This document shows, piece after piece, positions 51,099 to 63,249 of a DNA stretch of 64,000 nt (within the stretch, counting starts at the first letter, position 1; each line of letters begins with the position of its first letter). This stretch comes from Octopus sinensis (taxonomy: Eukaryota). The stretch lies in NCBI RefSeq assembly GCF_006345805.1, contig NC_042998.1:97898001-97962000 (forward strand), written 5' to 3'. The notes below the pieces were generated by a model, which searched no databases, was not told the DNA's origin, and saw only the letters and a program-made list of their open reading frames with translations. A program made the translations under genes and the position numbers.

Positions 51099-51326
51099 AT
51101 AAATATCTACTTACTCGTGTGTTACCTCAACATTTTTAAATATACATACATACATATTGTAATTATACTGCATTTAATTTTTGATGTAGTATCTGTTTCC
51201 GTGAATTTTGGCGGGCTTTGGCGGGGGCACTTGAATTATAACGGCGAATGCAATCGACTGAACCGCATATGTGTTTATCGTTATGGTAAAATCTGGCATG
51301 CGGTTGAGTAAATTGTATTCTAGACA

Positions 51327-51405
51327 AATTCAGCTGAGGAGCTACAGATATGTTATGTGAGTAAAATTACATAATTTATTAATAGCGAAACAATTGTCCT
51401 GAATT
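51327..51405 (+). ncRNA. Apparently intact type I hammerhead
   Basis: AATTCAG|CTGAGGA|GCTA...TAGC|GAAA|CAATTG|TC|CTGAATT; 7-bp stem I, canonical core, palindromic ACAATTGT, GUC site. Confidence 0.85.
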
Positions 51406-51733
51406 AATCTGCACTTTTGTTATTTTTTTTTTGCCTTGTTCGTTTACGCTAATAGTTGTGCTAACTTTCATCGGAAACAATTCTTTGTGGCTGAAACCGA
51501 AGCGGATCTATTTTTAGTGCTAGAGTCGACCACATAGTGGTCACTCTCTTATATTTACGTATAAAATTTATTGTATTCCTGGTTTTTATGCACTAAGCCA
51601 CTTGATGTTAAATTGATGGTGCTATTAAATTAGTATCCAATTTTCTCACCCTTATTAGTTGATTATATATGTATAATATATATATATATATATATATATA
51701 CTTTATTTTAAGCAGCAGAAAATTCAACAAAAT

Positions 51734-51771
51734 CTGTTACTCTGAGTTTCTCGTTGCCGTTCATCAGACAG
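51734..51771 (-). ncRNA. Mirror hammerhead in the left arm
   Basis: Identical to 51788-51825 on the opposite strand. Confidence 0.7.
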
Positions 51772-51787
51772 TTTTTGCTAGAAAAAA

Positions 51788-51825
51788 CTGTCTGATGAAC
51801 GGCAACGAGAAACTCAGAGTAACAG
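51788..51825 (+). ncRNA. Minimal type I hammerhead in the right arm
   Basis: CTGT|CTGATGA|ACG-GCAA-CGA|GAAA|CTCAGAG|TA|ACAG; GNRA-capped stem II with A-A first pair, GUA site. Confidence 0.7.
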
Positions 51826-51927
51826 ATTTTGTTGAATTTTCTGCTGCTTAAAATAAAGCATATTACTCTACCACTGGTATTTGAGTACTCTTTTTTCCAC
51901 CTTGTTTCACATTTATGTGTTTACTCC

Positions 51928-52000
<73 letters not shown>

Positions 52001-53339
52001 TGAGAGAAAATGTATAATATATGTGATATATATGTGATATAATCAATTACGAATTATATGCTGGAGTCTCTCTCAGTCATAAAGAATTTCAGTGTGATAT
52101 TGGATTACGTTAGACGCTAATTGGTATAGGCTCTCTAGTGGTCATTAAGTATTTGCTGACTTGTTTCCTATTCTCATGGAACATGCAAGGACACTAGATT
52201 ATCATATTCAGTATAAATGTTTACAGTATAATTGTTATTTCAACAAATTTGTTCAGAAACACTTTGTGTAATCCTGAGAACGATTACCCGATGAGCCGTA
52301 GGTGTATGTTTCGACTCTCTTCGTCGTGATTTCTCTCCTCAGTCTGCTGTCGAACACGTACTCCCCCCTCTCTCTCTTTTCTCTTTCTATCTCTTTCTTT
52401 CTCTCCCTCCCCTGCCCCCCCTCTCTCTCTCTCATACACACACACACACAAATTGAATTCAAAAGAAAAATTGAAGAAAAACGTAAAAAACGCAAGATGT
52501 AACAACTTCAACAATAATTGCAACAACAACAACAACACGCTCTCTCCATCTCTTCCTTGCTTTCTTTCTTCCAGCGAGAATAGTCCTTCTCAGATATCAA
52601 CGCCGTTAACATGGAGAAAGCACCTCAGTCAGAAGGAAAGTGACATTTTCGGACACGAGAGCGCAAAAAAAAAAAATAAGAAAAGAAAACTGAAAAAGTC
52701 TGAGTGATCCTCTGGATATTCGACACCTATTTCGTCCCTGCTGATAAAAGCAGCTCCATTGTTCTCACGGTCCCAGTTCGATAAATATATTTATATTAAC
52801 TCTGTCCAAAATAATATTGCTATTTGTAACCAAGTATAGTAATAAAAGACTAAACAGATTGAAGGCGGAAGAGTGAAATAAAATTTGATAACGAGCAATA
52901 TACTTCAATAATGCCTTATTTTCTTTTTCTTCAAAATAATGCTATTTATAGCAGTTAAAGAAATCAGTTAATTTTTACAGTGAAGTTTTCTGAGCTCTAT
53001 AATTATGCATGATGACAAATAACTTTATAATTTCGAACAGAGCTAATACAAAGTATTGATCTTTTTTTATTTTAAATGCAAGGTAACAATTATCAGTGTC
53101 ATTGATGAGTCATACCAGACCAAAATCTTAATAAATCATTGCTAATTTAACAAATCAATGAAAACAAAATAGATTAGCCATGTCATTATCTGTTTATTTT
53201 GGAAACTCTATAAAAGAAAATAAATAAATAAAATTCAGAAAATCACCCACTTCCTTCTATGAAGCGTTCAACTTGCCGACGGCCTGCACAAATTATTTGA
53301 TTATAGTGATCAAATGTTCGTAGCTCATTCTCTCCATCA

Positions 53340-53512
53340 AATCGACGTTATCCGAACAGGTGTACAGTGTACTATGCGTTAGATGTCGGAGTAATTGCAG
53401 AGCAACTTGAGATGAAGTGTTTTACTCAAGAGCACAGAGTACCACTCGGTCTAGGAACTGAAACCACGATCTCGCAGTCGTGAGTACCACACCCTGACCA
53501 CTAGGCCATGCG

Positions 53513-53517
<5 letters not shown>
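53340..53517 (-). mobile_element. SINE family C-like, old copy
   Basis: Minus: TGGCCTAGTGGTCAGG A box, GCTCTTGAGTAAAACACTTCAT. Confidence 0.65.
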
Positions 53518-53552
<35 letters not shown>

Positions 53553-54156
53553 TGTGTGTGTACAAGACATAATAAAGAGGTAGGGAGAATTATATATCTT
53601 CAAAATTTGTTTATTACAGTATTGTTCTCATTAAATTCCAATCCGACACGTGTTTCTGCTGGATAAGTGTCCTAATGTCCTTTGATGTAGCATTTATGTG
53701 CATTTAGTTGATTCATTTGCGGTATATACTCATTCGAGGAAGACATTCCTATGCAGCATTGTTCAAGGTTTTACCTATGCGACTGGGTGAAGTTTTTCGC
53801 ATAAGGGCATTCTCCCCGTTGTACTATTAGTACATTATTCGATTTTCGTTTCAATTTTATCACCCACAGTCATAAATGATCGCTTTTTAAATTTATCTAT
53901 ACTTCAACTCTACGCACTAAAAATTGTTCTTAGTTGCAAAGGCAATTCATTCAGATCTCATTAATTAGAAACCATCTATCCATTTCGTATAACGTTGAAT
54001 TTCTTTTTTTTTTTTACAAATGATTTAGACTAATTATAAAATCCATATAAACTATGTACGATATTTACTTCGCCTACTTGATACGTTATTGCTACATATC
54101 ATAAAATATTAATAACTAAACCTGTGAATCTTATCTGTTAAGCAATATAGCTAGTA

Positions 54157-54858
54157 TTGTGTCATCCCATAAATAATGCGGTGTTTTCAATCGCATGAAT
54201 TAAAGTCGGGGGAGGACGGGAAAAAATCAGGTAGTAATTTTACCTTGTATTTATTCTTAGTGCAAGTTTTGAAGAGTGCAGTTCGATTTTAACAGTTATT
54301 TTTTCAAAGTTATAATGGAAGCGACAAAGGTCTGTATTCGGCATATTTTACTTTATGAGTTCAATAAAGGCAACACCACAACGGAAAGTGCGAGGAATAT
54401 TAATGCAGTACATGGTGATCGGACAATAAGCGTAAGCCAGTGTCAACGGTGGTTCCAGAAATTCCTAGCTGGAAACTAGAAGATGAGCCTTGTCCTGGAA
54501 GATCTATAGAGCTCGACGAGGACGTCCTGCAAACCCTGGTGGAAAAAATCCTATCGTAACTGTTGAGGAACTAGCAGAGAAGCTTGGATTTGGTTATTCA
54601 ACTATTCATCGACACCTGCGTGCCATCGGAAAAATCAGCAAATTGGGTCAATGGGAATTTTATAGACGAGGTCAGAACAGTACTGGAGGAGTATTTTTCG
54701 TCACGGTCAAGTGAATTTTGGAAGATGAGCCTTGCAAGTCTACCAGACAGATCGAAGAACGTTGTAGAAAATGAAGGAAAGTATATTTTAGATTTAAAAA
54801 ACTTTGTTTATCTTAATTTTGAAAAATAAAAGAAGTATTTATTTATGGGATGACCCAA
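54157..54858 (+). mobile_element. Internally deleted mariner (702 bp)
   Basis: TA flanks; TIR TTG(T/G)GTCATCCCATAAAT; IRHILLYEF...CQRWFQKF...KLGQW joined to EEYFSSRSSEFWK...ENEGKYILD. Confidence 0.95.
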
Positions 54859-55861
54859 TATATTATTCTACGTTTCTGATTTGATTTTACACTATATAAT
54901 ATAAGAATCCTGCAAAACAAATACATAACTGTATATATTTTATCATAGAAAACATTTTAAAGTACCGTGAGATTTACTCGTATTGTATATTCTTCGGTTT
55001 ACATAGATGTATTTTTAAATATATTTTCAGAATGCATGTGTTTATGATAACATAGTCCTTTAAGATATCAAACAAAAACTTTCTATTAAGGTACGTTTTT
55101 ACTTTTTTAATTGTTTTGTTCAATAATACTTTTCTTACAAATAAGCGAAAAAAATTGTCTTTCCAAAAAACATGACCTCTATCATAATTAGCTCTATTCT
55201 AACTTATATTACCTCGGGGTTCTTCACATTATATAAAATTGAATAAACAACTTTTAAAAGTGACATATATATTTCTATTACCTTTATGTGCTACACTGTG
55301 TGTTTAATTTTAATCAAATATTGAATGCCTCTTTAAAAAACAACAACGGACAATCTACCGTTAAAAACAGCAAAACATAATGCTTTATATCTTTTTATGC
55401 AATTATTTACGAACCACTAAAATTATTTCATTGTAAAATGCTGAAATTGCTTATAGACATTATCTAAAAATAACTCAACATAAAATTTACAATGCTACTT
55501 TTTCTTGGTTCTTCTTTATGTCTGTGACGAATCAACAGTCATTAATCTTAGAAATATAGAGATTGTTTACATACATTTTTTGAGTCGTTAAAATAATCCA
55601 TGCTATTACTTGTGTATAAAAATCACTCAATAATCATACGTACACACACACAAACTCGCTCAAACACACACACACATACACACACGCACACACATACACA
55701 CGCACATACACACACGCACTCGTATATACATACGTACACAAGTACGAACACAATAAATATCCCAATCTTCTCCCATTTCTCTTATGTCAATATTCTACGC
55801 TATTACCTTACATTGAATACACTGCATTTATCTTTCTTATTCTTCATCAAAATTTAAAGCC

Positions 55862-55893
<32 letters not shown>

Positions 55894-56038
55894 TGTATGT
55901 ATGCAGATTTGTGTGTTTTGCTTTATGTATGTATTCTCATGCATATGCATGTATGTATGTATGTATGTATGTATGTATGTATGTATGTATGTATGTATGT
56001 ATGGATGGATGGATGGATGGATGGATGGATGTGTGCAT

Positions 56039-56605
56039 GAAATCACGTGATATGGGAGTTCCGGTGCCCATCACAGACGATTCCTGTCTGCTACGATCTA
56101 TGTGTGTGCTTTTATGCGCCAAGCGCCTATATGAGAAGATCTCTCAAGGCTAATAATGCAGTATTCGGTGTTCTAACAACACATCCATGTTAAGTTGGAT
56201 ATAAAGATTACCTTTTTGTATTAATACTGCTTCTGTCGCTAATAATTAACTTTTAATAAGCCTGCTGGCTATCTGTGTCATCAGCGTCTGAAAAGACGCT
56301 GATATTCTGTATATCATGCAACGAGATTTTACTGGTATGCGGTGACTGGACGCCTCCAACTGATGAATTCCAGTAGAATGAGATCACGTGATATGGGAGT
56401 TCCAGCGACCATGACAGACGCTTTTCATCTGCTACGATCTGTGTATGTGCTTTTATGCACCAAGAGCCTATATAAGAGAATCTCTCAAGGCTAAAAAAGC
56501 AATATTCGGTGTTCTAACAACACACCTATATTTAGCTGGCTATAAAGAGTACATTTTGGTATTAACGCTGCTTCCGTTGCTAATTAGCTATTTCGAAATC
56601 GCCAC
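56039..56605 (+). repeat. 341-bp tandem unit (1.6 copies) with a hammerhead at the junction
   Basis: GAAATCACGTGATATGGGAG at 56039, GAGATCACGTGATATGGGAG at 56380; about 80% identity by eye over ~210 bp. Confidence 0.88.
56354..56399 (+). ncRNA. Type I hammerhead of the tandem unit (A13-to-G substitution in this copy)
   Basis: CTCCAA|CTGATGA|ATT-CCAGTAG-AAT|GAGA|TCACGTGA|TA|TGGGAG; the upstream copy retains GAAA. Confidence 0.68.
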
Positions 56606-57037
56606 CATATATATATATATGCGCACGCGAATGTATGTTTGTGCGTGTGCCTTTTCTAGACAAATTTGGGGACTTCCAGTGCCTGTATATAAACATGCTA
56701 AAGAACAATTCCTTCATTTCTTCTGACTACCATTATCATTATTATCAATATACTATTCTGTACTCTACCAAAAATGCTTTATTCATGTGTTTGTATGCGT
56801 CTCTCTCTCTCTCTCACGCACATACACACGCAGGTATATATATATATCTCCACACACACAACCTCACACACACACTCATATCAACACATAGACACACACA
56901 AACGGCTACGCCCGCCCACTAACACACTTTTCACCTCTTTCAGCGGAATCAAACAACAGCCACTAACCTGCTCGTTAACTCACATCCTCAAAAGGCACAT
57001 CACATTAACAGAAACACATACGCGCACACATATTACC

Positions 57038-57141
57038 TATTTCTTTATTACCCACAAGGGGCTAAACACAGAGGGGACAAACAAGGACAGACATAGGTAT
57101 TAAGTCGATTACATCGACCCCAGTGCGTAACTGGTACTTAT
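57038..57141 (-). mobile_element. SINE 3' fragment (family E, related to A)
   Basis: GTCGATTACATCGACCCCAGTG shared with family A; distinct tail CCCACAAGGGGCTAAACACAGAGG. Confidence 0.75.
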
Positions 57142-57874
57142 ACCACACACACACACACACTGGCCATCTTCGCACTCTCCTGTCCCCTAAAATCTACTTT
57201 CTCTACCTCTTTCTACTTCCAGTCACTTCAGCAATGTTACTACACACGTGCTGTTGACGATTTCTTTTCCTTCTTTGGACTTTTCCCTTTCTCTTTCCAA
57301 CAAAGGGCTATTTTTCGAAAGAAGAAGAAGAAGAAGAAGAATGTAGTGATAGTCATGAATGAGGCTGTAGTAAAGGTGGTGGTGACCGCCATCCGCTTCG
57401 TGGAAGAGATTAAATTCTTTATAAGGCATACAACTCTGAAAGGGAGAGGTTCAATATGATTTAATCTTCTCAACGGCTGTATTTAAATTTTAAATGTTAG
57501 TTGCAAGATGTTAGTTGCTTACGTAAGAAAATAGTAAATTACCTTCATACGTGAACGTGCAAAGCAGTCATTTGATACAACTAATTTAAACAATCACTCA
57601 GTTTCTATATACGGAAAGAAGTCTTTTGACTTTCCTTTATCAGAAATGACAAGTTGAAATTAAATTATTTGCTAACGTTGACACTAACTTAATTGGAAAT
57701 TCACACAGTCTTGAATCACTCTATGATTTAAGGAATACATTGAGAACAATTTCTTAAGAAGATGCTATGACGATTGCATCCAGTTGATGAAATCCATTAT
57801 ATTTGACCTTTGCTCTCTCGTTATACGTCATTTTGTCCTGCTATCTCATGATTTCAGTTGAGATGTTGAATTTA

Positions 57875-58066
57875 CCTCTTTTACTTGTTTCAGTCATTTG
57901 ACTGTGGCCATGCTGGAGTACCGCCTTTAGTCGAAGAAATTGACACTAGAACTTATTCATTGTAAGCCTAGTACTTGTTCTATCGGTCTCTTTTGTCGAA
58001 CCGCTAAGTTACGGGAACGTAAACACACCATCAAGCGATGGTGTTGGTGTGGGGGGGGGACAAACA
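57875..58066 (-). mobile_element. SINE family B, 3' half
   Basis: CAGTCATTTGACTG, GAACCGCTAAGTTACGG. Confidence 0.88.
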
Positions 58067-58111
58067 CACATATATATGTATATATATACATATGTGTATA
58101 TATATATATAA

Positions 58112-58453
58112 TCTCTATATCTATAAACGGCAAAATGTCTGTGTATCTGTGTGTCTGTGTGTCCTTTATACAAATCCAGTTTTTCACGTAAAAGGCTCAC
58201 ATTTTCTTTGGGCTTTCAAAACTGTCTGAGGGTGGTCGTGAAGATCTTTTCATTTCCCCAATCACCCCAGAAAGCCATTAAAAAAATCGATAAACCGACC
58301 CTTTATGCTCAACAGTGGAATGCGCGTGCGCAATTGCAGATAGTCTGTATGACTCAGCACATTTTTGTATTTTGCGAAGACGCGTTATCATATGTTTTGG
58401 CTTTCAAACGTGCACGCTTTTTTGATTTGAGAAATGCAGGGAATAATTAACGA
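58112..58453 (+). mobile_element. Probable non-autonomous Helitron
   Basis: A|TCTCTATATCTATAAA..(TCTGTG)n head; 3' end degenerate. Confidence 0.45.
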
Positions 58454-60508
58454 GTTAGACCAAGTGAATGGCAAGAGAGTGGGATTTTCATGAAAGACCA
58501 AATATGCTTGATATGCTATCATTCCTTAAGTATGCCATAAAAGAGTTGGAGCCTATTCAATGAATCTATTTAGAAAGGGCTTTACTTTTATGCTTTCGGT
58601 TGATTTAAGTTATCCAGCGAAAGCTCAGGATGTTTTATTCAAGTAGGATTAAAAATGAAAAATGGGTAAGTTGACACCCCCAAGGGATTTTCATCAAAAA
58701 CGTTTATTTGTTTGCATTCAGCCTAAGATCGAATCATTTGTTACCTACACAGCAGGAGCATAGGGTTATCTGGGTGATCCTTTTGGTGCAAGAAATCTTA
58801 ATTTGATTCGAGTTTACCAAAATTGCCAACCAATCAGTGGAAGCTCAATAAAACTAATCCTTGCAGATTTCCGCATTTAAATTGACTGCAACCTTTTCTT
58901 TTAGCCCTAACTTGAGGTACGAATGACCTAAGATACAAAGATTTAAGCGAAATTTCATGCTTTTGTGTTTTGAGATACGAGTGAAAATTGAAATGCTAAT
59001 TAATTTTCAGTCACATTTTTCTGCTCACTAGGAAATTTGAAAACTTTGTCAGTCCTGATTATTCATTTCATTTTGTTGGTGAAGGTTTGCTTTCATGGTG
59101 GTATTTATCGATTTTCTAACATGCTCCCCCTTCATCTTCAACAAAGCCGCCAAATTTGCGATGATTAATTACCCAGTGCAGCTGCACCTCTGGGTGGGCT
59201 CAGAATCTGCAGAGGCTCAGTCAAATGCGTTAAAACACATATGCGATGGAAAGGCGAACATAATTTCCGAAAATAAAGAAAGGGATTTAGCACAAATGGA
59301 TTTAGCATATATGGTAAAAGACGTTAACAACGGTGCAAATAACATGAAATGCGTAAACAAACGAATTAAATATGTAAACAACAAGTAAAAATGAAAAACA
59401 GGACAAGTAGACACAGAGAACGAATCCTTCATCAGTTGTCAGCTGTCTATCTACTCCTCATTTCGAGTATTCAACAAGGTGAGCAAAAGTGTACGTATGC
59501 CGCTATATGTATATATAAATCCAAAAAATGAAACAAGAACGCGACAGATAACAATAAAACATCCGAACAGATACAAAAATGGACAGGAAAAATCAAGGAC
59601 GAGTCATTTGTGACCTTCTCTCATATATATATATATATATATACACGACGAAATTTTGGCGAATTTTTATAAACATTTTACGAAAATAGGTTATATTTGC
59701 TAATTTATCTGCCGCATGTCCAATAAAAGATTTTCAAATTTATTGTCTCCTTTCCGTGAAATTTTGTCTTACGAGTTTTTACGTTCTCTTGTTTGAAAAA
59801 TGCATTATAACGATTCATTGCGCAGGCGCAGGATAATTTCAGACTCTGATGAGCCATTTTATAACTCCGTGTCTTGTAAGTATCGATATTTGTTTTAAAT
59901 TTGTGCTTTAAGTTTTTTTTAATTTACATATATTGTAACTCACAAGTCGTTTATAACCGAGGAAAAATTACGATAAGGATAAGGTTTTGAGGGAAAATAA
60001 GCTTGCATAAACTTTTTTACGAAGAGAAATGCTGATTGTCACAAAAATGGCTTCATGACCTTAAGTTTAGTCGCTTCAATGAAATTTCGAAGAAAAAACC
60101 CCCCAAAAAATGTTAAGAAAAGGAATTTTGTAAAATTTGCAATCGCGATTTCTGTGAGAATGGTACCGTATTTGAAAAACACTTAAAAATATTAAAGCAA
60201 GCACCCGGATGTCTAATGTAATTGATTTCTTGCAACTTTCTCTTTCTTCATAGAGTGTCTCGCGTGATTTCTACTGAATTGAATGTATGCGTCTGTAACG
60301 AAACACAATCTTCTCTTTTCAATATTATATGATCTTCTAGGGTTTCTGATTCATGTTCAGATTCTAAGGTTGCTAAGAGAATTAAATGCACAAGAACAAA
60401 AAGAATAGCTGGCTTTTGTAATGTATTTAGTAAGGAATACTTGGAAACTCTTATAGCGAAATTAAATAAAATTATATTCTCATTAATTATTGATAAAAGT
60501 ATAGATGC

Positions 60509-60597
<89 letters not shown>

Positions 60598-60605
60598 AAG
60601 AAGAA

Positions 60606-61485
60606 AAGCCCCTTCATGGTAAATACTGCACTAAACTAAACGCAAAAGAAATAGACAAAGAAAAATCCCAGCAATGGTTGAGAAGCTCAGGACTCAAAGC
60701 AGAAACAGAGGGATTTTTAATTGCAGCACAAGACAAAGCCTCCCCACCAGAAATTACCAAAAACATGTAATGAAAAGAAATATTACAAGTAACTGCAGAA
60801 TATGTGGAGATGGACAAGAAACAATAAATCATATTATCTCTAGCTGCCCAGTCCTGGCTAAGAAGGAATATATTCACAGACATGACAGAGTTGGAACCTA
60901 CATACATTGGAAGCTATGCCAACATTATGGAATAACAACAGAAAAAAGATGGTATAGGCACACACCAGAAAAGGTCACAGAAAACGAGAAAGCAACCATA
61001 CTCTGGGATATGCCGATACACACAGATAGAGAAATTAAGGCCAACAGACCAGATATAGTTGTCAGAGATCATGAATAAAAAAAATGCTTGCTAATTGATG
61101 TATCAATACCGGCAGATGACAACGTGTCTCTAAAAGAAATGGAGAAACTCTCAAAATACAAAGACCTGGAAATAGAGGTAACTAGAATGTGGAATCTGAA
61201 AACAGAAACAATTCCTATCATAGTAGGTGCATTAGGCATGATAAAAAAATATTCAGACAAATACATAACAAAAACACCAGGACTTACAAACACATATAAC
61301 ATACAGAAAATTGCACTACTAGGCACTGCACACATCCTATGCAGAACACTTTCCATACAATAACCATCAGAGCATCACAACAAATCACAGCACATACCCA
61401 AGGCACACAGAGCTGCGCTCGGTAGTGAAGTGAAAGCACGCTATAAAAATAAAACTACTGAATAATAATAATAATAATAATAATA
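60606..61485 (+). mobile_element. 5'-truncated R4/Dong-type LINE (zinc knuckle, RLE, 3' UTR, (AAT)n tail)
   Basis: LHGKY, AETEGFLIAAQD, CRICGDGQETINHIISSC, RHD, WD, NRPDIV, LIDVSIP, EKLSKYKDL, GALG, GTAHIL*; one frameshift (~60733) and one stop (61076-61078). Confidence 0.95.
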
Positions 61486-61491
61486 TTAACA

Positions 61492-61543
61492 AGGATTCCT
61501 GGCTTTCACCTAGGCGGCCCGGGTTCGATTCCCGGCATGGGAA
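61492..61543 (+). tRNA. 5'-truncated tRNA-Glu(TTC)-like sequence (pseudogene or SINE head)
   Basis: CCTGG-CT-TTC-AC-CTAGG anticodon arm, CCGGG-TTCGATT-CCCGG T arm, CATGGGA-A acceptor 3' strand; first ~20 nt missing and no oligo-T terminator. Confidence 0.75.
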
Positions 61544-61549
61544 CGTTAG

Positions 61550-62118
61550 TTATGCCCTGATGCAGTACCAGACAATGGCTCTCATGGCTCCTGATCTTAA
61601 CTGATTGGAAGTGTTATCATGTACATTGTTTTGTCTTGGTATAAAAGATGGGCTACAGCAACTATTCTGCTCAATACCACAGATTTGCTTGTCAGTTGTT
61701 TGACCTTAACCAGTTGACCATGTCCCTTAGTGACTGATGATATATGCATCTCTGATCACGAGCAGAAGTAGTGGGAGAGCATCATTGTCGTGTGTTGAAA
61801 GGAATTCTTAGAGGTTTGGATAATTCACTTTTGGGAACATGGGTGGTTCGTTCAACATCCTTAAACAACCCTTGTTCAGGGACCTTTTGAGCGGGATGGG
61901 CTACTCGACCAGAAGAAAATTCTAACTGGGCCCCCATCTGCAAGGTCATGCGCTGTTTATCTTGATATGAGATCACCATGTCACGCACATATGGTTGTGA
62001 TGCATGTACCTGGTGTACCCTTATCAGACACGTAGTCATGATGGGTATACTGGGCTTCGTATATTTTACCCCAGTGTCATTTTGATGGCACGCACTGCTC
62101 TCTCACTCAATAATAATA

Positions 62119-62171
<53 letters not shown>
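61550..62171 (+). mobile_element. ~560-bp retroposon-like body with (AAT)n tail
   Basis: Ends CTGCTCTCTCACTC(AAT)n; its last ~60 bp recur at 62551-62620. Confidence 0.55.
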
Positions 62172-62175
<4 letters not shown>

Positions 62176-62550
62176 TCTAATAAAAGAATAAAGCCTGAAA
62201 TTTTGAGGGAGGGGACTAGTCAATTACATCGACCCCACTGTTTCACTGGTACTTAATTTATCGAACCCGAAAGGATAAATGGCAAAGTCGACCTCGGCGG
62301 GTTTTGAACTCAGAACGTAAAGACGGACGAAATGCCGCTAATCCTATTTACGAAAGGCACAAGACCTGAAATTTGAATCGGGGGGACTAGTCGATTATAT
62401 TGACCCCAGAGTTTCACTGGTACTTAATCTATCGACCTCAAAAGAATGAAAAGTAAAGTCGAATTCGGAGGTATTTGAACTCAGAATGTAAACGTGGACG
62501 AAATACTGGTAACCATTTTGTCCGGCATGCTAACGATTCTGCCAGCTCGC
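62170..62550 (-). mobile_element. Two tandem SINE family A copies
   Basis: Minus head GCGAGCTGGCAGAATCGTTAG, GAGTTCAAA B box, GTCGACTTT.C.TTTCAT.CTTT; copies 62170-62339 and 62340-62550. Confidence 0.9.
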
Positions 62551-62747
62551 AGGTTATATTAGGCTTCGTATATTCGTGCCCCAGTGTCACTCTGACGGAA
62601 TGCGCTGCTCTCTCACGCGATAACAAAAATAACTTGCCTCAATAGCTAGATTTTATGAAAGCCATATTAAAAAAAGAACAATTGGCATGTTTTAACTCCA
62701 TTGGAAATTGGTCGCTATGCTGCTCGAGGTATTTTTACAGTTATCTT

Positions 62748-63185
62748 TTATCTTTTATCTTTTACTTGTTTCAGTCATTATATTGCCGCCATACTGGGGC
62801 ACCGCATTGAGGGATTTTTAGTCGAATAAATCAACTTCAGTACTTATTTATTTAAAAGCCTGGTACTTATGGTATCAGCTTCTTTTGCGATCTGCTAAGT
62901 TACGGGGACGTAAACACACCAACACCGGTTGTCAAGCAGTGGTGGTGTGGGACAAACACAAAGACACACACATATACATACATACATACATACATACATA
63001 CATACATACATACATACATACATACATACATACATACGACGGGCTTCTTTCAGTTCTCGTCTAATAAATCCATCCACCTGGTTTCGGTCAGCCCGAGGCT
63101 AGAGAAGAAGACACTTGCCCAAGCTGCCACGCAGTGGAACCGAACCCGGAACCATGTGGTTGAGAAGCAAACTTCTTACCGCACA
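62748..63185 (-). mobile_element. SINE family B, full length
   Basis: All family B blocks, (CATA)n centre. Confidence 0.9.
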
Positions 63186-63217
63186 ACAACAATAGAGAAT
63201 TGTTATTATCATTATTA

Positions 63218-63249
<32 letters not shown>

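Larger units (their letters stand above)
51701..51858. repeat. Perfect inverted repeat, 76-bp arms, 6-nt spacer
   Basis: 51701-51776 is the exact reverse complement of 51783-51858. Confidence 0.97.

Noticed and set aside
52570-52707. Polypyrimidine-CAG acceptor followed by a short K-rich frame
   Set aside because: Frame depends on an A-run; no donor or homology support
58460-59050. Possible DNA-transposon remnant
   Set aside because: No TIR pair, TSD or transposase motif found by eye
59835-59880. CTGATGA-GCC in a PLE-like AT-rich repeat
   Set aside because: No matching GGC-GAAA or stem III downstream
61730-61770. CTGATGA in the retroposon body (also 31102, 14255 minus, 32926 minus)
   Set aside because: Isolated heptamers without GAAA or pairing; expected by chance
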